This document shows, in pieces, positions 62,025 to 64,000 of a stretch of DNA of 64,000 nt; within the stretch, counting starts at the first letter, position 1, and every line of letters starts with the position of its first letter. Below the pieces are notes generated by a model. It was given only the letters and a program-made list of their open reading frames with translations, made no database searches and was not told the origin of the DNA. Both the position numbers and the translations under genes were made by a program. Source of the DNA: Octopus bimaculoides (Eukaryota); NCBI RefSeq assembly GCF_001194135.2, contig NC_068983.1:44060425-44124424 (forward strand), in the 5' to 3' direction.

Positions 62025-62530
62025 TTCGGTATGAATGGTTTTTATATGGCACCGAGTTTACAATCCTGTAAATAATAATAATAATGGTATTTTTATATAA
62101 GCTTAAAATCTTACGGCGATCACCATGCAATGACTAAGGAAAATAGTCTAATAAAGGGGCATATAAGCCCTTGACAGGAAAAAGGCTTTCCTATCTGCAT
62201 GGGAGTCAAACCCACATCCCTTTGTTAATGCGACTAAGTGTGTTACCTTTACACCAGCAAATTAGCCTCCCCATTTCTGTCAAATTTAAGAACTATAGTA
62301 GTTTGCGTTTGTTTTTATGTAAACAAACTTTCTAGATGCATTCGGTGCGAATGGTTTTTTTGTATGGCGCCGAGTTTACAATCCTTTAAATAATAAATAA
62401 TAATGGTATTTTTATATAAGCTTAAAGTTTATGGTGATCACTGTGCAATGACTAAGGGAAATAGACTAATAAAGGGGCATATAAGCCCTCGACAGAAAAA
62501 AAGAAGGCTTTCCTATCCACATGGGAGTTG
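62025..62530. repeat. Tandem ~316-bp repeat (1.6 units) containing a tRNA-like head on -
   Basis: ttcggt.tgaatggtt recurs at 62025 and 62341 with the following sequence conserved. Confidence 0.9.
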
Positions 62531-62984
62531 ATATATACATTACAAATAGTGTAAAACTTAACTGCAGAAATCAACCAATATTTATCATCATCATCATCAT
62601 TGTTTAACGTCCGCTTTCCATGCTAGCATGGGTTGGACGATTTGACTGAGGACTGGTGAAACCAGATGGCTACGCCAGGCTCCAATCTGATCTGGCAGAG
62701 TTTCTACAGCTGGATGCCCTTCCTAACGCCAATCACTCAGAGAGTGTAGTGGGTGCTTTTACGTGCCACTGGTACGAAGGCCAGTCAGGCGGTACTGGAA
62801 ATGGCCATGCTCAAAATGGTGTATTTTACGTGCCACCCACACAAGAGCCAGTTCAGGGGCACTGGCAACGATCTCGCTCGAAAATCCTTACACATGTCAC
62901 AGGCACAAGTGCCAGAAAGGCGACGCTGGGCACAGGTGCCATCCTGATTTCGCTTTTATATCAGCTAGTATTATTATATAGAAG

Positions 62985-63019
<35 letters not shown>

Positions 63020-64000
63020 CTAGCCCTGTTAACAATGTCTGTCTTAACAGACTAACCTAGAGTTAAACAATAACAGGGTTTTATGATCAAAGCAATGGAG
63101 TATCAGTCCTTTTGTGTGTGTGTGTGCATGTGTGTTTAATATTCGTTTTGGTTTCTTTGAAAATCTGAATGTTTCAGCTATTGTTGAATGCTTCTCCTTC
63201 CACTAATAGGAGGGGAAAATAACATGATTCAGGTAACTTCAAACAGAGAGAACTCTGTATATCACACACGGAATACACCAATCACCTGTCGACTGAATCT
63301 TAATACCTTTCAGTGAACAGTGTTTGTGAGTTTTATAGAATGTAAACGATATGCATTAGTTTGGGTTTTCCCTGTAACCCTTAAGCATTCAGGTTACTCT
63401 GTCAAATGTAATGCTTATTTATTCGCATTGTCTTTAATTTATCATTGATCATCTCATAGCTTTGAGGTTTCAGTGATGTGATTGTTTATTTTTAGAATGA
63501 CATTGTAGGGAGGGTGTGAGAGTCCAAATCTGGCTTCTCACATAAAACAATTAGAATATTTGAGCTGGATATGACCGGTTTAAAGGAAGTGGAGAAGTTG
63601 AATTGATTGAGCATCAGATTAAATGCTTTGTGACATCTCTGGTTCTCCACATTCTGAGCTCAAATCCTGCTGAGGTACTTGATCACAGCAGAAAGTAAAA
63701 AACAAGGATCAATTAAGTACTGGGATTAATTTAATTGGCTAATTATTCCCCACAAATTTCAGACTCTGTGCCTCCTGTGTGAGAAACAATTATTTTGTCC
63801 CCACCCACCACTGGTGCTAAGCTGAAGTCCTGTCAAGACCCATTTTGCTCTTCAGCAGCTTCTTCCCCCACTAGACATAAAGGTCTCAAGTCCTAGACTC
63901 CAAAGGCTGGTTACCTGGTTTCCATGGCATGTAAGTGATCAAGATCACAACATTCCTCTTCACAAGGTTATGGTAACATGAAATGAAGCATTTTGATCTG

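Overview
AT-rich eukaryotic genomic DNA from a gapped draft assembly (6 N-runs). The repeat complement (tRNA-head CORE-like SINEs, RTE LINEs with (GAT)n tails, dense TA/CA microsatellites) points to a coleoid cephalopod, most likely Octopus; this is inference. Manual exon reconstruction supports two convergent spliced genes that the ORF track only hints at. (1) A complete ~98-aa RBIS/C8orf59-like ribosome-biogenesis factor on + in three coding exons (20600-20704, 24707-24808, 26110-26199). (2) The last nine coding exons (360 aa, phases consistent throughout) of an MPRIP/TRIOBP/outspread-family coiled-coil protein on - (61447 down to 52653), whose 5' part lies beyond the window. The rest is transposon-derived: RTE and R4/Dong LINE fragments, a Gypsy remnant, hAT, piggyBac-like and Kolobok-like non-autonomous elements, a long-TIR foldback element and SINEs. 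The most unusual items are an in-frame hAT-transposase/RTE-endonuclease fusion ORF inside a same-strand chain of four TE classes (36-38.8 kb), a triplicated ~0.9-kb segment with a conserved exon-like cassette (39-42 kb), a 33-bp pre-miRNA-like hairpin (43095-43165), and a ~285-bp inverted repeat in an RBIS intron. I found no clearly established new biological system; these are leads. All family names come from recalled motifs, not database searches, and TE boundaries are approximate unless TIR/TSD positions are given.
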